From: Flavobacterium agricola
GTDB lineage: Bacteria; Bacteroidota; Bacteroidia; Flavobacteriales; Flavobacteriaceae
Assembly: GCF_025919725.1 (NCBI RefSeq)
Contig: NZ_CP081495.1
Span: forward strand, 391,166 to 423,165
DNA length: 32,000 nt
Direction: 5' to 3'
This document shows, piece by piece, positions 1-10,215 of this stretch (the first letter of the stretch is position 1; each line of letters starts with the position of its first letter). The notes below the pieces were generated by a model that saw only the letters and a program-made list of their open reading frames with translations, was not told the DNA's origin and did not search any database. Position numbers and translations under genes: made by a program.

Positions 1-1890
1 GCAACCGGTTTGGTGGTAGATGATGGAATTGTAGTAACCGAAAATATTTATAAAAAGGTTGAAGAAGGCATGTCGCCAATTGAAGCTGCAATAAAAGGAT
101 CTAACGAAATTTTCTATGCCGTAATTTCCATTTCAGTAACCTTAGCAGCCGTATTTTTACCCGTAATCTTTTTAGAAGGATTTGTGGGCCGATTGTTCCG
201 GGAATTTGGTGTGGTAATTGGAGCCGCCGTTTTAATTTCGGCCTTTGTATCGCTTACGTTAACACCAATGTTAAATGCATATTTGGTAAAAGGTGGCCAG
301 CAAAAACAAACCAAGTTTTACCAACGTACCGAAAAATATTTTGTGCGTATGAACAAATCGTACGCAGGCAGCTTGCAGTTCTTTTTAAATCGCAAATGGT
401 TAAGCGCAGCAGTTATTGTGGTTTGTTTAGGTATGATTGCTTTATTTTTTACCATTTTACCAAAAGAAACTGCACCTTACGACGATCGTAGTAATATTTC
501 TGTTCGTGCAACCGGTCCAGAAGGTGTTTCGTATGATTATATGCAAAAATTCATGAATGAATTAACGGATATGATTAACGATTCTGTTCCAGAAAAAAAT
601 GTAAGCTTAGTAATTACATCACCAAGTTACGGATCTGGATCAGCAAACAGCGGGGTAATTCGTTTAGGATTGGTACAGCCGCAAGATCGTGAAAAAACAC
701 AAGGCCAAATTGCTAACGATTTAAGCGTTTGGACTCGTAATTTTACCGATGCTAAAGTTTCTATTTCCCAACAACCAACCATTTCGGTTGGGCGCCGTGG
801 TGGGATGCCAATTCAATACATTATTCAGGCAACTAATTTTGAAAAACTAGAAGAAAAAGTTCCGGAATTTATGGATGCGGTTTCACAAAGTCCTGTTTTT
901 TCAAACTTCGATATCAATTTAAAATTTAACAAGCCCGAAGCGTACATTACCATTGCTCGTGATAAGGCCGAAAATTTAGGTGTTTCTATTTTAGATATTG
1001 CACGTACCTTACAAATGTCATTATCTGGGCAGCGTTTTGCTTATTATATGATGAACGGAAAACAATACCAAGTAATTGGGCAGTTTAACCGTACCGACCG
1101 TTCGGCACCTATGGATTTAGCTGCTATGTATGTAAAAAATAACAAAGGGCAACTAATTCAGATGGATAACTTGGTTACGATTGAAGAAAAAAGTAGCCCA
1201 CCGCAGTTGTATCACAACAACCGTTATATGTCGGCAACCGTTTCAGCATCTTTAGCACAAGGTCAAAGTTTAGAAGATGGAATTAAAGAAATGGATCGCA
1301 TTAAAGAACAAGTTTTAGACGATTCTTTTACAACTGATTTAGGTGGTGAAGCGCGTGATTTTATGGAAAGTAGTTCAAATACCTTATTTGCATTTGGTTT
1401 AGCTATTGTTTTAATATTCTTAATCTTAGCCGCGCAGTTTGAAAGTTTTATTGATCCAATTATTATTTTAATTACGGTGCCAATGGCTGTAGCTGGAGCT
1501 TTATTTTCGCTGTGGTTGTTTGGACAAACCTGGAACATTTTTAGCCAAATCGGAACCATTATGTTAATTGGTTTGGTAACTAAAAACGGAATTTTAATTG
1601 TTGAATTTGCGAATCATTTACGCGATCAAGGTCTATCTAAATACGATGCCGTTTTACAAGCGTCAGAATCACGTTTACGCCCAATTTTAATGACCTCGCT
1701 AACCATTGCTTTAGGAGCTTTACCAATTGCTTTATCAATCGGTGCTGCATCTATTAGCCGTATGGGAATGGGTGTTGTAATTGTTGGTGGAACCTTGTTT
1801 TCATTGGTTCTTACCTTATTCGTAATTCCTACTATTTATTTAATGTTTTCACGCAAGCGCAAGCACAATCCAGAATTAGACAAATATTAG
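1..1890 (+). CDS. RND (AcrB/HAE1-type) efflux permease, C-terminal portion; 5' end lies outside the window
   Basis: The frame is open from nt 1 (ATGLVVDDGIVVTENI...), so the tracked start at 10 is not the real start. There are two blocks of multiple TM helices separated by a large periplasmic loop, and a typical C-terminal VIPTIYL motif. A TolC-like gene follows 6 nt downstream. Confidence 0.9.
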   Translation, partial: ATGLVVDDGIVVTENIYKKVEEGMSPIEAAIKGSNEIFYAVISISVTLAAVFLPVIFLEGFVGRLFREFGVVIGAAVLISAFVSLTLTPMLNAYLVKGGQQKQTKFYQRTEKYFVRMNKSYAGSLQFFLNRKWLSAAVIVVCLGMIALFFTILPKETAPYDDRSNISVRATGPEGVSYDYMQKFMNELTDMINDSVPEKNVSLVITSPSYGSGSANSGVIRLGLVQPQDREKTQGQIANDLSVWTRNFTDAKVSISQQPTISVGRRGGMPIQYIIQATNFEKLEEKVPEFMDAVSQSPVFSNFDINLKFNKPEAYITIARDKAENLGVSILDIARTLQMSLSGQRFAYYMMNGKQYQVIGQFNRTDRSAPMDLAAMYVKNNKGQLIQMDNLVTIEEKSSPPQLYHNNRYMSATVSASLAQGQSLEDGIKEMDRIKEQVLDDSFTTDLGGEARDFMESSSNTLFAFGLAIVLIFLILAAQFESFIDPIIILITVPMAVAGALFSLWLFGQTWNIFSQIGTIMLIGLVTKNGILIVEFANHLRDQGLSKYDAVLQASESRLRPILMTSLTIALGALPIALSIGAASISRMGMGVVIVGGTLFSLVLTLFVIPTIYLMFSRKRKHNPELDKY

Positions 1891-1896
1891 TACCTA

Positions 1897-3201
1897 ATGA
1901 AAAAGCTATATATATTTATAACAACGCTTGCTTTGGGTAGCTTTACAAGTTACGCGCAAGAATTGTTAACCATAAAAGATGCCGTAGCAATTGCTTTAAG
2001 CCAAAACTACGACATTCAATTATCTCAAAACGACAAAAATATTACTGCCGAAAGCGTGAGCATTGGTGCTGCAGGTTTTTTACCCAATCTAACAGCCAAT
2101 TTAACGCAAAATAACAGCGTAATGAATTCTGAACAAACGCAATCTAGCGGCGTAGTTCGATCACTTAAAAATGCTAAAAATAACAATTTAAGTTACGGAG
2201 TAAGTTTAGGTTGGACCGTTTTTGACGGATTGGACATGTTTAAACGCTATGATATTTTAAAAGAAACCGACAACTTTCAGGAAGCACAATTTAAGCAAGC
2301 GGTGCTTGAAACCATTTCGTTGGTTATGGTAAATTATTACAATATTGTTGAGCAAACCAATGTACATAAAGCGTTAGAATCGGTTAAAGAAATATCGCTA
2401 GAACGTTATAACATTGCCGAAGCGCGTTTTAAAATTGGTAAAGCTTCTAAGCTTGAAGTTTTAAACGCTCAAGTTAATTTAAACGAAGATGAATCAAATT
2501 TAATACGTCAGGTAAATACCATTCAATCATTAAAAATTCAATTAAATAGATTGTTAGCTCGTGAATTAGCTACTAATTTTGAAGTTGAAAAAGAAATGAG
2601 CTACGACGAGCTGTTAACCTACACCGATTTGTACGAAACGGCAATGCAGCAAAATCCAGAAATCATGAAGATTGAAATTAGCCGTCGTTTAGCCGAATTA
2701 AATTTGCAACAAGTTAAAGCAAAACGTTATCCAACTGTTCGAGTAAATGCCGGATATAATTTTAATGAATCTGAATCGAGCCTTGGGTTTACCACCCACG
2801 CCAATTCGCACGGATTTAATTACGGCTTGGCTGTTTCTATGAATTTGTTTGACGGATTAACCCAACATCGTAACGAACGCATTGCTAAAATAAATATTGA
2901 AAGCATGGATTTACGAGTTAAAAACCAAAACGAACAGCTTTCTACTTTGTTGTTAACTGCGTTTAATAATTTTCAAACCTTTCAATCTTTGGTTAAAGTT
3001 GAAGAAAATAACGTTGGCTTGGCTAAAAATAGTTTAGATATTACCAACGATAAGTTTAAAATCGGAACGGTAAGCTCGGTAGAATTTAGAGATTCACAAG
3101 AAAACTACATCAACGCTGTTTCCCGTTACAATGCTGCCTTATTAGATACCAAATTAGCAGAAATTGAACTGAAGCAAATTATGGGTAAATTAGATATTTA
3201 A
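1897..3201 (+). CDS. TolC-family outer membrane efflux protein (outer membrane factor of the RND pump)
   Basis: Has a signal peptide (LALGSFTSYAQE) and two internally repeated coiled-coil/beta-barrel halves. The 434-aa size and its position directly downstream of the RND permease both fit. Confidence 0.85.
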   Translation: MKKLYIFITTLALGSFTSYAQELLTIKDAVAIALSQNYDIQLSQNDKNITAESVSIGAAGFLPNLTANLTQNNSVMNSEQTQSSGVVRSLKNAKNNNLSYGVSLGWTVFDGLDMFKRYDILKETDNFQEAQFKQAVLETISLVMVNYYNIVEQTNVHKALESVKEISLERYNIAEARFKIGKASKLEVLNAQVNLNEDESNLIRQVNTIQSLKIQLNRLLARELATNFEVEKEMSYDELLTYTDLYETAMQQNPEIMKIEISRRLAELNLQQVKAKRYPTVRVNAGYNFNESESSLGFTTHANSHGFNYGLAVSMNLFDGLTQHRNERIAKINIESMDLRVKNQNEQLSTLLLTAFNNFQTFQSLVKVEENNVGLAKNSLDITNDKFKIGTVSSVEFRDSQENYINAVSRYNAALLDTKLAEIELKQIMGKLDI

Positions 3202-3203
3202 TA

Positions 3204-3235
3204 AAATCGGAGCATTAGCTCCGATTTTTGTTTTT
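3204..3235 (+). terminator. Rho-independent terminator after the efflux operon
   Basis: Hairpin aaatcggagc-atta-gctccgattt followed by a T-run. Confidence 0.6.
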
Positions 3236-3244
3236 AAAATGCTG

Positions 3245-3252
3245 TACATTTG
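3245..3252 (+). promoter_or_regulatory. Bacteroidetes-type -7 promoter box (TAnnTTTG)
   Basis: Exact match tacatttg, 19 nt upstream of the ATG at 3271. This argues against the TTG start at 3250 in the ORF track. Confidence 0.35.
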
Positions 3253-3270
3253 ATTTTTTTATTTCACAAC

Positions 3271-4521
3271 ATGCAAGCACAACAACTTACTTTTGGCTTA
3301 TATGGGCACACGTTGCATCATACCCAAATTCAATCGCACAACGGACAATATTTGGTTTACGATTCTCGTAATGATGATACGCAGATTGCCAGCACCCAAA
3401 CCATAGAAGTTTTACAGCTAGAAAGTTTAGCAACCCAAGTAATTTACCGTTGTAATCCGGCTGGTGTTTACGGTCCTGGGGTTGGTGCAGCAACCTTTTC
3501 TCCTCAACAATTGCAAACCTTGTTTATACACGGTATAAAAAATGCTTCACCTAGTAATCCGTATAGCATGACGCGCCGTACCGGGGTTAGTATTTTTTTA
3601 AATAATCCTGGGCACCCTATTTACATGGATGCACGTAATATTTACGAACCTTTTACAGCTGGTGCTTTACGTGGCGGCACGCATGCGCACGCTTGGCATC
3701 CAAATGGAAATTTAATATCGTTTACGTACAATGATTTTGTTTTAGAACATGCAACGCATAGAAATGCTGATCGCGATTTGCGTTCGGTTGGTGTTATGTT
3801 TCCTCAATCGGTTTCTGTTTTTAAAGATGAAGAAGGAGAAAATAATTCGGGAGAAATGTTTGCTGTTTTAGTTTCTGAAGTTGTTAATCAGGCGCAACCA
3901 AATACTGACGAAATCGAAAAAGCTTTTGACGAATGTTGGTTGGGTAGTTTGCGTAAACTTGCTTTTCAGGGGCATGTTCGTGATGCAAAAGGTAAATTAC
4001 AATCCGAAATTTTTATTGTTGATTTACCAGATAACTTATCGCAAGCCGGAGCGCATCCTTTACAAGGAACTGCAACCACGCGTTGTGGTGTTCCTTTAGG
4101 AACCAAGCAATACCGAATTACGCATACGCCCAACGGAATATCTAATTTTAGACATTGGTTGCGTAGCAATTCATCTGGTACCCTTGTTTATTTTTTAATG
4201 GAAGATGATTTAGGATGTACACAATTGTTTCAAGTTGCAATTGCAAGTCAAAAAATAAAGCAATTATCTTTTCATGATTCTGGCATTCATTCGCCTTTTA
4301 ATGTGCATGTTGATGCTAAAAATGCTGTTTATTTACAGCATCAAAGTTTGGTGTTGTTAGATTTAGAAACCGGGCAAAGCAACGTGCTTTTTGAATCTAC
4401 TGCCGATATTCAGTTAACTGGGATTCCGCATTTTTGCAACCATTCTAACACCATTTATTTTAATGCTTATGTAAAGTATAATACGGCAAGTTATATTCAA
4501 ATATTTCGAATAACATATTAA
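3271..4521 (+). CDS. YidR/DUF3748-like beta-propeller-type protein of unknown function
   Basis: The motifs GALRGGTHAHAWHPNGNLISFTYND, DEIEKAFDECWLG and EIFIVDLP resemble my recollection of E. coli YidR (DUF3748). I moved the start to the ATG at 3271 on the basis of the upstream -7 box. Confidence 0.6.
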   Translation: MQAQQLTFGLYGHTLHHTQIQSHNGQYLVYDSRNDDTQIASTQTIEVLQLESLATQVIYRCNPAGVYGPGVGAATFSPQQLQTLFIHGIKNASPSNPYSMTRRTGVSIFLNNPGHPIYMDARNIYEPFTAGALRGGTHAHAWHPNGNLISFTYNDFVLEHATHRNADRDLRSVGVMFPQSVSVFKDEEGENNSGEMFAVLVSEVVNQAQPNTDEIEKAFDECWLGSLRKLAFQGHVRDAKGKLQSEIFIVDLPDNLSQAGAHPLQGTATTRCGVPLGTKQYRITHTPNGISNFRHWLRSNSSGTLVYFLMEDDLGCTQLFQVAIASQKIKQLSFHDSGIHSPFNVHVDAKNAVYLQHQSLVLLDLETGQSNVLFESTADIQLTGIPHFCNHSNTIYFNAYVKYNTASYIQIFRITY

Positions 4522-4551
4522 AAAAAGCACTTACTTAAGTAAGTGCTTTTT
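4521..4551. terminator. Bidirectional terminator between convergent genes
   Basis: Perfect 20-nt palindrome gcacttacttaagtaagtgc, flanked by A6 upstream and T4 downstream. Confidence 0.65.
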
Positions 4552-4555
4552 AGTT

Positions 4556-5539
4556 TTATATCGCTTCCGGATTTTGGCTGCTTATCTTGTTTTGTTCAAT
4601 GCTTTGCATCCCATCTTTATACCAGTCTGTTTTTTGTAACAACTTTAAGGTTGGTTTAAAGAATATTAAAAAGAAAACTGAGGTAAAGGTGTTTGACGCC
4701 GTAAATGCAGCAGCAACTTGCAACGCATGGCTGTCTGTTAAATATCTTGCAAATTGTTCTAAAACGCCAAAAAATGGTAACATAATTAATACGCCAATAA
4801 TGTTAAATCCTGTTGCCGAAGCTGCAACTAATTTGGACATGGGCGATAATTTTAAAGAAACCAATAATGCTGTTGAGGTTGTACCAATGTTAGCACCAAC
4901 AACAATTGCAATAGCAGCATTTAACGGAACTACGCCTTGTGAAACCAAAACAATTACTAAACCAACAACAACCGAACTCGATTGAATGATAATCGTAATA
5001 ATGATTCCGTAAATGATTCCTAATATCGGATTGGTTGCTTTTTCCATAATTTGCAACAACATCGGATCATTTTTAATTGGTTCCATAGAAATGCTTATTA
5101 GGTTTAAAGCAAAAAAGATAAAACCGAAGTAAAAAATAGATTTTCCTGCCACTGCGATTCGGCTCGGTGCCATACTTATTAAGGTACCTAAAACAATTAA
5201 GGCTGGACCAAACATATCGGATTGATACGAAACAATCCATCCGGTTGAAGTTGTACCAATGTTGGTTCCTAATAAAATCATTAAGCTATCTCGAAATGAA
5301 ATAATGCCTGAATCTACTAACGAAACGGTTAATGAAGAAACCAAAGTGCTGGATTGAATAACTGCTGTTACGGCTCCGCCTAAAATAAAACCACCTAACG
5401 GTAAGTTTGTCATTTTTTTAATCCATCGTTGTAAGTTTTCAATACCAAAGCTTTCAATTTCTTTACTAAAGCTTTGTAAGCCAAAAATAAATAATGTGAT
5501 TGCCGAAATAATAATAATTACGGTATGCAAAGTTTGCAT
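4556..5539 (-). CDS. Na+/phosphate cotransporter (NptA/type II-related) family membrane protein, short form without a PhoU domain
   Basis: Polytopic membrane protein carrying the duplicated signature GxxxTAxxQSSxxxxxxxV twice (AVIQSSTLVSSLTVSLV and IIQSSSVVVGLVIVLV), each followed by GTNIGTTST or GANIGTTST. Confidence 0.8.
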   Translation of the reverse strand: MQTLHTVIIIISAITLFIFGLQSFSKEIESFGIENLQRWIKKMTNLPLGGFILGGAVTAVIQSSTLVSSLTVSLVDSGIISFRDSLMILLGTNIGTTSTGWIVSYQSDMFGPALIVLGTLISMAPSRIAVAGKSIFYFGFIFFALNLISISMEPIKNDPMLLQIMEKATNPILGIIYGIIITIIIQSSSVVVGLVIVLVSQGVVPLNAAIAIVVGANIGTTSTALLVSLKLSPMSKLVAASATGFNIIGVLIMLPFFGVLEQFARYLTDSHALQVAAAFTASNTFTSVFFLIFFKPTLKLLQKTDWYKDGMQSIEQNKISSQNPEAI

Positions 5540-5661
5540 AAATAATATAGGTTAAGGTTAATATTAGGAGTTGTAATTAAAAAATTTAAACAGAAATGGC
5601 TACTATTTAAATACTTCCGTTTAAAATTTTTATCTTGTACATCAATTCTTATTTAAAAACA

Positions 5662-6759
5662 ATGAATTTTAAAGCTTTTACTTTTATATTTTGTTTGCTT
5701 TTATTGTCGTGTAACACCAAGAATGACATGCAAATTAACAATAATTTAGCAAAATACCAACCCCTTGCATTAGGGGAGGAACAAGCTCAAAAAATTATGG
5801 CTTTGCCGATGCATTGCCTTTTGGTTGAATACCCAAATAAGTTAGGTCAGGTTTTAAATGAAGCAAGCGAATTAAAATCGCCCAAAGCATTGCGTCCGGT
5901 TTTTTACGGATGTTTTGATTGGCATTCATCCGTTCATGGTTATTGGAGCATAATTACGCTTTTAAAACAATTTCCGGAAATGGATGCAGATAGTAAAATA
6001 GCTGCTGTTTTAAACCAGCAAATAACGCCTGAAAATGTGCAAGTTGAAATTGATTTTTTTAATCAACCGCATAATAAATCGTTTGAGCGTACTTATGGCT
6101 GGGCTTGGTTTTTAAAATTGCAACAAGCATTACAAACCTGGGATAATCCGCAAGCGCAACAATGGCATAAAACTTTACAACCTCTAGAAGAAATTATTGT
6201 TACCCGATATACCGATTATTTACAGAAATTGGTTTATCCGATTCGTACAGGTACTCATGATAATTCGGCTTTTAGCTTGGCTTTGTTGCATGAATATGCC
6301 ACAACTACAAATAACGAAATCTTATTGCAAACCATTAAGGATTTTGCTTTAAAACAATACGGTAATGATGTTAATTGCCCAATTGCTTACGAACCAAGCG
6401 GACATGATTTTTTATCACCTTGCTTACAAGAAGCTTGGCTTATGAGCAAAATTTTAGATACGGATGCGTACCGAACTTGGTTAAAGCAGTTTATGTCTAG
6501 CTTATTTAATTCGGAATTTGATTTACAAGTTGCACAAGTTGCCGATCGTACCGATGGCCATTTGGTACATTTAGATGGATTGAACTTTAGCCGTGCCACG
6601 TGTTTGTTTGAAATTGCAAATAAGTTGCCCGAATTGCAACATTTAAAACCATTAGGAGCCAAGCATTTTAATGCTGCTTTTCCAAATATTTCTGATGATG
6701 ATTATATGGGCAGCCATTGGTTAGGTACTTTTGCATTGCAAGCTTTGCAAGCACAATAA
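5662..6759 (+). CDS. DUF2891-like lipoprotein of unknown function
   Basis: An ATG at 5662 gives a lipoprotein signal peptide (FIFCLLLLSC). The motif FYGCFDWHSSVHGYW matches my recollection of the DUF2891 family. The ORF-track TTG start at 5635 is less likely. Confidence 0.65.
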   Translation: MNFKAFTFIFCLLLLSCNTKNDMQINNNLAKYQPLALGEEQAQKIMALPMHCLLVEYPNKLGQVLNEASELKSPKALRPVFYGCFDWHSSVHGYWSIITLLKQFPEMDADSKIAAVLNQQITPENVQVEIDFFNQPHNKSFERTYGWAWFLKLQQALQTWDNPQAQQWHKTLQPLEEIIVTRYTDYLQKLVYPIRTGTHDNSAFSLALLHEYATTTNNEILLQTIKDFALKQYGNDVNCPIAYEPSGHDFLSPCLQEAWLMSKILDTDAYRTWLKQFMSSLFNSEFDLQVAQVADRTDGHLVHLDGLNFSRATCLFEIANKLPELQHLKPLGAKHFNAAFPNISDDDYMGSHWLGTFALQALQAQ

Positions 6760-6761
6760 AT

Positions 6762-6792
6762 AAAAAAAGGAAGCTAAAAGCTTCCTTTTTTT
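6762..6792. terminator. Bidirectional terminator between convergent genes
   Basis: A-run, then ggaagct-aaa-agcttcc hairpin, then T7. It overlaps the stop codon of the TonB-dependent receptor gene. Confidence 0.65.
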
Positions 6793-8656
6793 ATTTCAAT
6801 CTATATTTAGCGCCTAAAACAAACCAACGCCCTGGCATTGGAGTTGCAGCAATTTCGCGATATTGTTTATCAAATACATTAGTAAAATCACCATAGATTC
6901 CTAGTTTATCTAAATTGTAACCTAAACGGAAGTTTGTAATATCGTATCCGTTTCTTAATTCACGTTTTTGGTATTTGTACGTACCTTGCACATACCAATT
7001 TTTATATGAATAATTTACCGTTGCAATGGCTTGATGTTTTAAACTTTCAACCACATATTTAGAGGTAAGTCCATTATTCATCACCATTTCTTCAGGCTTT
7101 AAATAATTGTAACTTACGCTGGCTTGAATTTTAGATGCGTTATTAAGAGTAAAAACATTTCGAACCTGAAAATTTACGCCGTGAATTTTGTTTTTCGCCG
7201 CGTTAAACGGTTGGTACGGTTCGCTGCTGTCGGTTCTAATCCAATCAATAAAATCAGAAATATTTCGGTAAAAATAACCTGCTTGGGCGTGCCATTGTTT
7301 TTTGTTGTAACGAATGTTAGCCTCGTACTGCCATGCTTTTTCGCTATTTAAATTGGGATTTCCAATGTTTCCTGGACGTTGATTTAAATACAAATCAGTA
7401 AACGACGGTACGCGTTGACTTGAACCTACGTTAAGCCCCAATTTAAAGTTTGGAAGAAACTGATAAGCTGCATCAACCCCAGGAAAAAATTCCCAGCCAT
7501 AATCTGAATTGTAATTGGCATATCCACCTGCATTTACAAATAATTTTTCAGCAATAATGGTTTTATATTCTACATAAAAACCGTGGTTGTTGCGTTTGTG
7601 AGAACCAATGTTAGAACTGTTTATTTGTTCCCAACGGCTTTCCCATCCTAAACCAAAGGTTCCGAAATTGGTTAAATAGCTTGCGTTAACTTCCGCATTT
7701 ACAACATTGGTATAATGTAAAGAACGTGCACTTGCTAGATTATGTCTAAAATAGCGGTAATCGTCTTCGTTGTAACGGTTTGAAATTCGAGGTTTAATAA
7801 ATAATCGATCGTTTATTTTGTAGGTCATACCCACGCTAGCAAACGATGTATTTACAACTTCTTCCGATTCTTTATCACCCGGTGCTGCGTAAAAACCATT
7901 TGCACCAAATTTGTTAAAAATTTGACCTAACATAACGTTTAATTCGCTTTTGTCAGAAACGTCAAAATTACCTTGATAAAAACCGCGATAAATTTCGGCT
8001 GCCGTATTGTAGCGATGGCCGTTATACTGATCGGTATTTAAAGCAAATAAATGATTGCTTTTTTCGCGAGCTAAAGTTCCGGTAAGTTGCAAGCCACCGC
8101 CCCAGTAAATACCATTTCCATCGTTCTCATCTTTCGATTTAAAAGAACTTCCCGAATATATATTGGCATATAAGTTGTTTTCTTTTGCCTTTTTAGTAAC
8201 AATATTAATAGCTCCGGTTAAGGTATTAATTCCGTAAATACGTGCTGCTGGCCCTTTAAGCACTTCAATACGTTCAATCGCATCTAATGCTACAGGTAAG
8301 TTTAAGGAATGGTGTGCCGTTTGTGCATCAGAAACTTTAACACCGTTTAATAAAATTAAGGTTTGTTCAAAACTTCCGCCATCAATGCTCACATCAGCTT
8401 GCGTACCAAATGGGCCGCGCTGTCTTAAATCAACTCCGCCAATTAAACCTAAAACTTCGTTTACGCTACGCACCGGAAGTTCGCTAATTTGTTTGGCAGT
8501 AATAACCTGAATGTTTCGTGCCGTTTGGCTAAATGGTAATTCTAATCTATTTTCAGAGATAACAATTTCGTCTAAATTGGTTGCCTGATTATTTTGAGCT
8601 TGTGCGCCGATATTGTAGGTAGCTAATAAAATAATTCCTGCTTTTTTAAATTTCAT
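6791..8656 (-). CDS. TonB-dependent outer membrane receptor; substrate unknown
   Basis: Signal peptide, an N-terminal plug region (DEIVISENR, RIEVLKGPAARIYG) and a 22-strand-like beta-barrel ending in an aromatic-rich C-terminus (GRWFVLGAKYRLK). Confidence 0.85.
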   Translation of the reverse strand: MKFKKAGIILLATYNIGAQAQNNQATNLDEIVISENRLELPFSQTARNIQVITAKQISELPVRSVNEVLGLIGGVDLRQRGPFGTQADVSIDGGSFEQTLILLNGVKVSDAQTAHHSLNLPVALDAIERIEVLKGPAARIYGINTLTGAINIVTKKAKENNLYANIYSGSSFKSKDENDGNGIYWGGGLQLTGTLAREKSNHLFALNTDQYNGHRYNTAAEIYRGFYQGNFDVSDKSELNVMLGQIFNKFGANGFYAAPGDKESEEVVNTSFASVGMTYKINDRLFIKPRISNRYNEDDYRYFRHNLASARSLHYTNVVNAEVNASYLTNFGTFGLGWESRWEQINSSNIGSHKRNNHGFYVEYKTIIAEKLFVNAGGYANYNSDYGWEFFPGVDAAYQFLPNFKLGLNVGSSQRVPSFTDLYLNQRPGNIGNPNLNSEKAWQYEANIRYNKKQWHAQAGYFYRNISDFIDWIRTDSSEPYQPFNAAKNKIHGVNFQVRNVFTLNNASKIQASVSYNYLKPEEMVMNNGLTSKYVVESLKHQAIATVNYSYKNWYVQGTYKYQKRELRNGYDITNFRLGYNLDKLGIYGDFTNVFDKQYREIAATPMPGRWFVLGAKYRLK

Positions 8657-8698
8657 AATAATTATATTTTCTGATGCAAACCTCGTAACTTTCCGGTG

Positions 8699-8706
8699 TA
8701 TATTTG
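8699..8706 (+). promoter_or_regulatory. Bacteroidetes-type -7 promoter box (TAnnTTTG) for the MocR-like regulator gene
   Basis: Exact match tatatttg, 19 nt upstream of the ATG at 8725. Confidence 0.35.
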
Positions 8707-8724
8707 TAGTCCAGTTTTAATATT

Positions 8725-10215
8725 ATGAGTAGTCCGGTAAAATTAAATTTTAAACAAGTTATTACTTATCAAGTTGGTAGTGCTACGCCTATTTATTTAC
8801 AACTTGCGCAACAATTTATTAATGCCATTCAGCGTAGTTGGTTAGAACCTGGTGTTAAGTTGCCCGGTTCCAGGATTTTAGCCGAAAACTTAGGCTTGCA
8901 TCGTAAAACCATTATTGCTGCTTTGCAAGAATTAGAATCGCAAGGTTGGATTTTGGTTAAACCTAATGTCGGAACCTTTGTTATTTTACCACAAGCAACC
9001 GAGTTGTTAAAAAATAAAATAACATCTTTTAGTTCGTTATCTGCTTATCCTGAAAAGGCTGGGTTTACATTTAAAACCTCTGATTTACTTGCGTTAGAAC
9101 CCATTCAGCAGCAACCCAATGATTTAATTTGTACCGATGGCACGCCCGATTTGCGTTTGTCGTATTTTAAAAACCTAACTCAAGGATATAGCGCTACGTT
9201 AAAACGAAAATCAACCCCAAATAAATTAGGCGATTTGCATCATGAAAATAAATATTTTAAAAATCAGTTAACCAATTTTTTAAATGGCACGCGCGGTTTA
9301 CATATTTTACCTGATAATGTACTAATAACCCGAAGTACAGAAATGAGCTTGTTTATATTGGCTCAAACTATTTTACAACCAAACGATGTTGTGGTGGTTG
9401 CCCAATTAAGTTATTACAAGGCTAATATGATATTTCAGCAAATAGGAGCCAAGTTACAAACCATTCCGGTTGATGAACAAGGTTTATCTGTTGATGCATT
9501 AAAGCAACTACTAAAAAAACAAAAAATTAGAGCGGTTTATATTACCCCGCAACACCATTATCCAACAACAGTTACATTAAGTGCAGATCGTAGGTTGGCC
9601 TTATTGTCGTTGGCAGAAACCTACGGGTTTGTAATTATTGAAGATGATTACGATTATGATTTTCAGTATGATAAATCGGCTATGTTACCATTAGCCAGTG
9701 CCGATGTTCAGGGCATGGTGGTTTATACCGGAACTTTTGGTAAAGCTTTGTTTCCGAATTTTAGAACCGGATTTATTGTTGCGCCAAAAAATGTAATTCA
9801 AGAAGCTCGGAAATATTTACATATTATAGATCCGCAGGGTGATGTGGTTTTAGAAAATGTTTTAGCTGAATTGATTGAAGAAGGGGATATGCACCGATAT
9901 TTAAAAAAATCGATTAAAGAATACCAAGCCCGACGTGATTTTGTAGTACAATTTATAAACGATCATTTATCAGAATGGATTGCTGTAAACGTGCCTAACG
10001 GTGGTTTGGCTTTATGGTTTACATTTAAACAACCAGTGGTTTTGCAGCAATTAACTTCTTTTTTTAAGCAGAAAAAAATTGTTTTACCTCGCTTTGTGCA
10101 ATATCAAAATCAAAAAATAACAGCTTTGCGTTTTGGCTTTGGACATTTAAATACGGAAGAATTAACTCAGGTTTTAATGGCTTTTGTGCTTTTTTTTGAA
10201 CAAGAAAAGAATTAG
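8725..10215 (+). CDS. MocR/PdxR-type regulator: GntR winged-helix DNA-binding domain fused to a PLP-dependent aminotransferase-like domain
   Basis: N-terminal GntR HTH (LPGSRILAENLGLHRKTIIAALQELESQGW) followed by a roughly 350-aa fold-type-I aminotransferase-like domain (YITPQHHYPTT, IIEDDYDYDF, TFGKALFPNFR). Confidence 0.85.
   Translation: MSSPVKLNFKQVITYQVGSATPIYLQLAQQFINAIQRSWLEPGVKLPGSRILAENLGLHRKTIIAALQELESQGWILVKPNVGTFVILPQATELLKNKITSFSSLSAYPEKAGFTFKTSDLLALEPIQQQPNDLICTDGTPDLRLSYFKNLTQGYSATLKRKSTPNKLGDLHHENKYFKNQLTNFLNGTRGLHILPDNVLITRSTEMSLFILAQTILQPNDVVVVAQLSYYKANMIFQQIGAKLQTIPVDEQGLSVDALKQLLKKQKIRAVYITPQHHYPTTVTLSADRRLALLSLAETYGFVIIEDDYDYDFQYDKSAMLPLASADVQGMVVYTGTFGKALFPNFRTGFIVAPKNVIQEARKYLHIIDPQGDVVLENVLAELIEEGDMHRYLKKSIKEYQARRDFVVQFINDHLSEWIAVNVPNGGLALWFTFKQPVVLQQLTSFFKQKKIVLPRFVQYQNQKITALRFGFGHLNTEELTQVLMAFVLFFEQEKN

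Noticed and set aside
8657-8724. A cobalamin or other riboswitch upstream of the TonB-dependent receptor.
   Set aside because: Only 68 nt separate the receptor start from the divergent MocR-like gene. That is too short for a B12, TPP or similar aptamer, and no conserved riboswitch core is visible.
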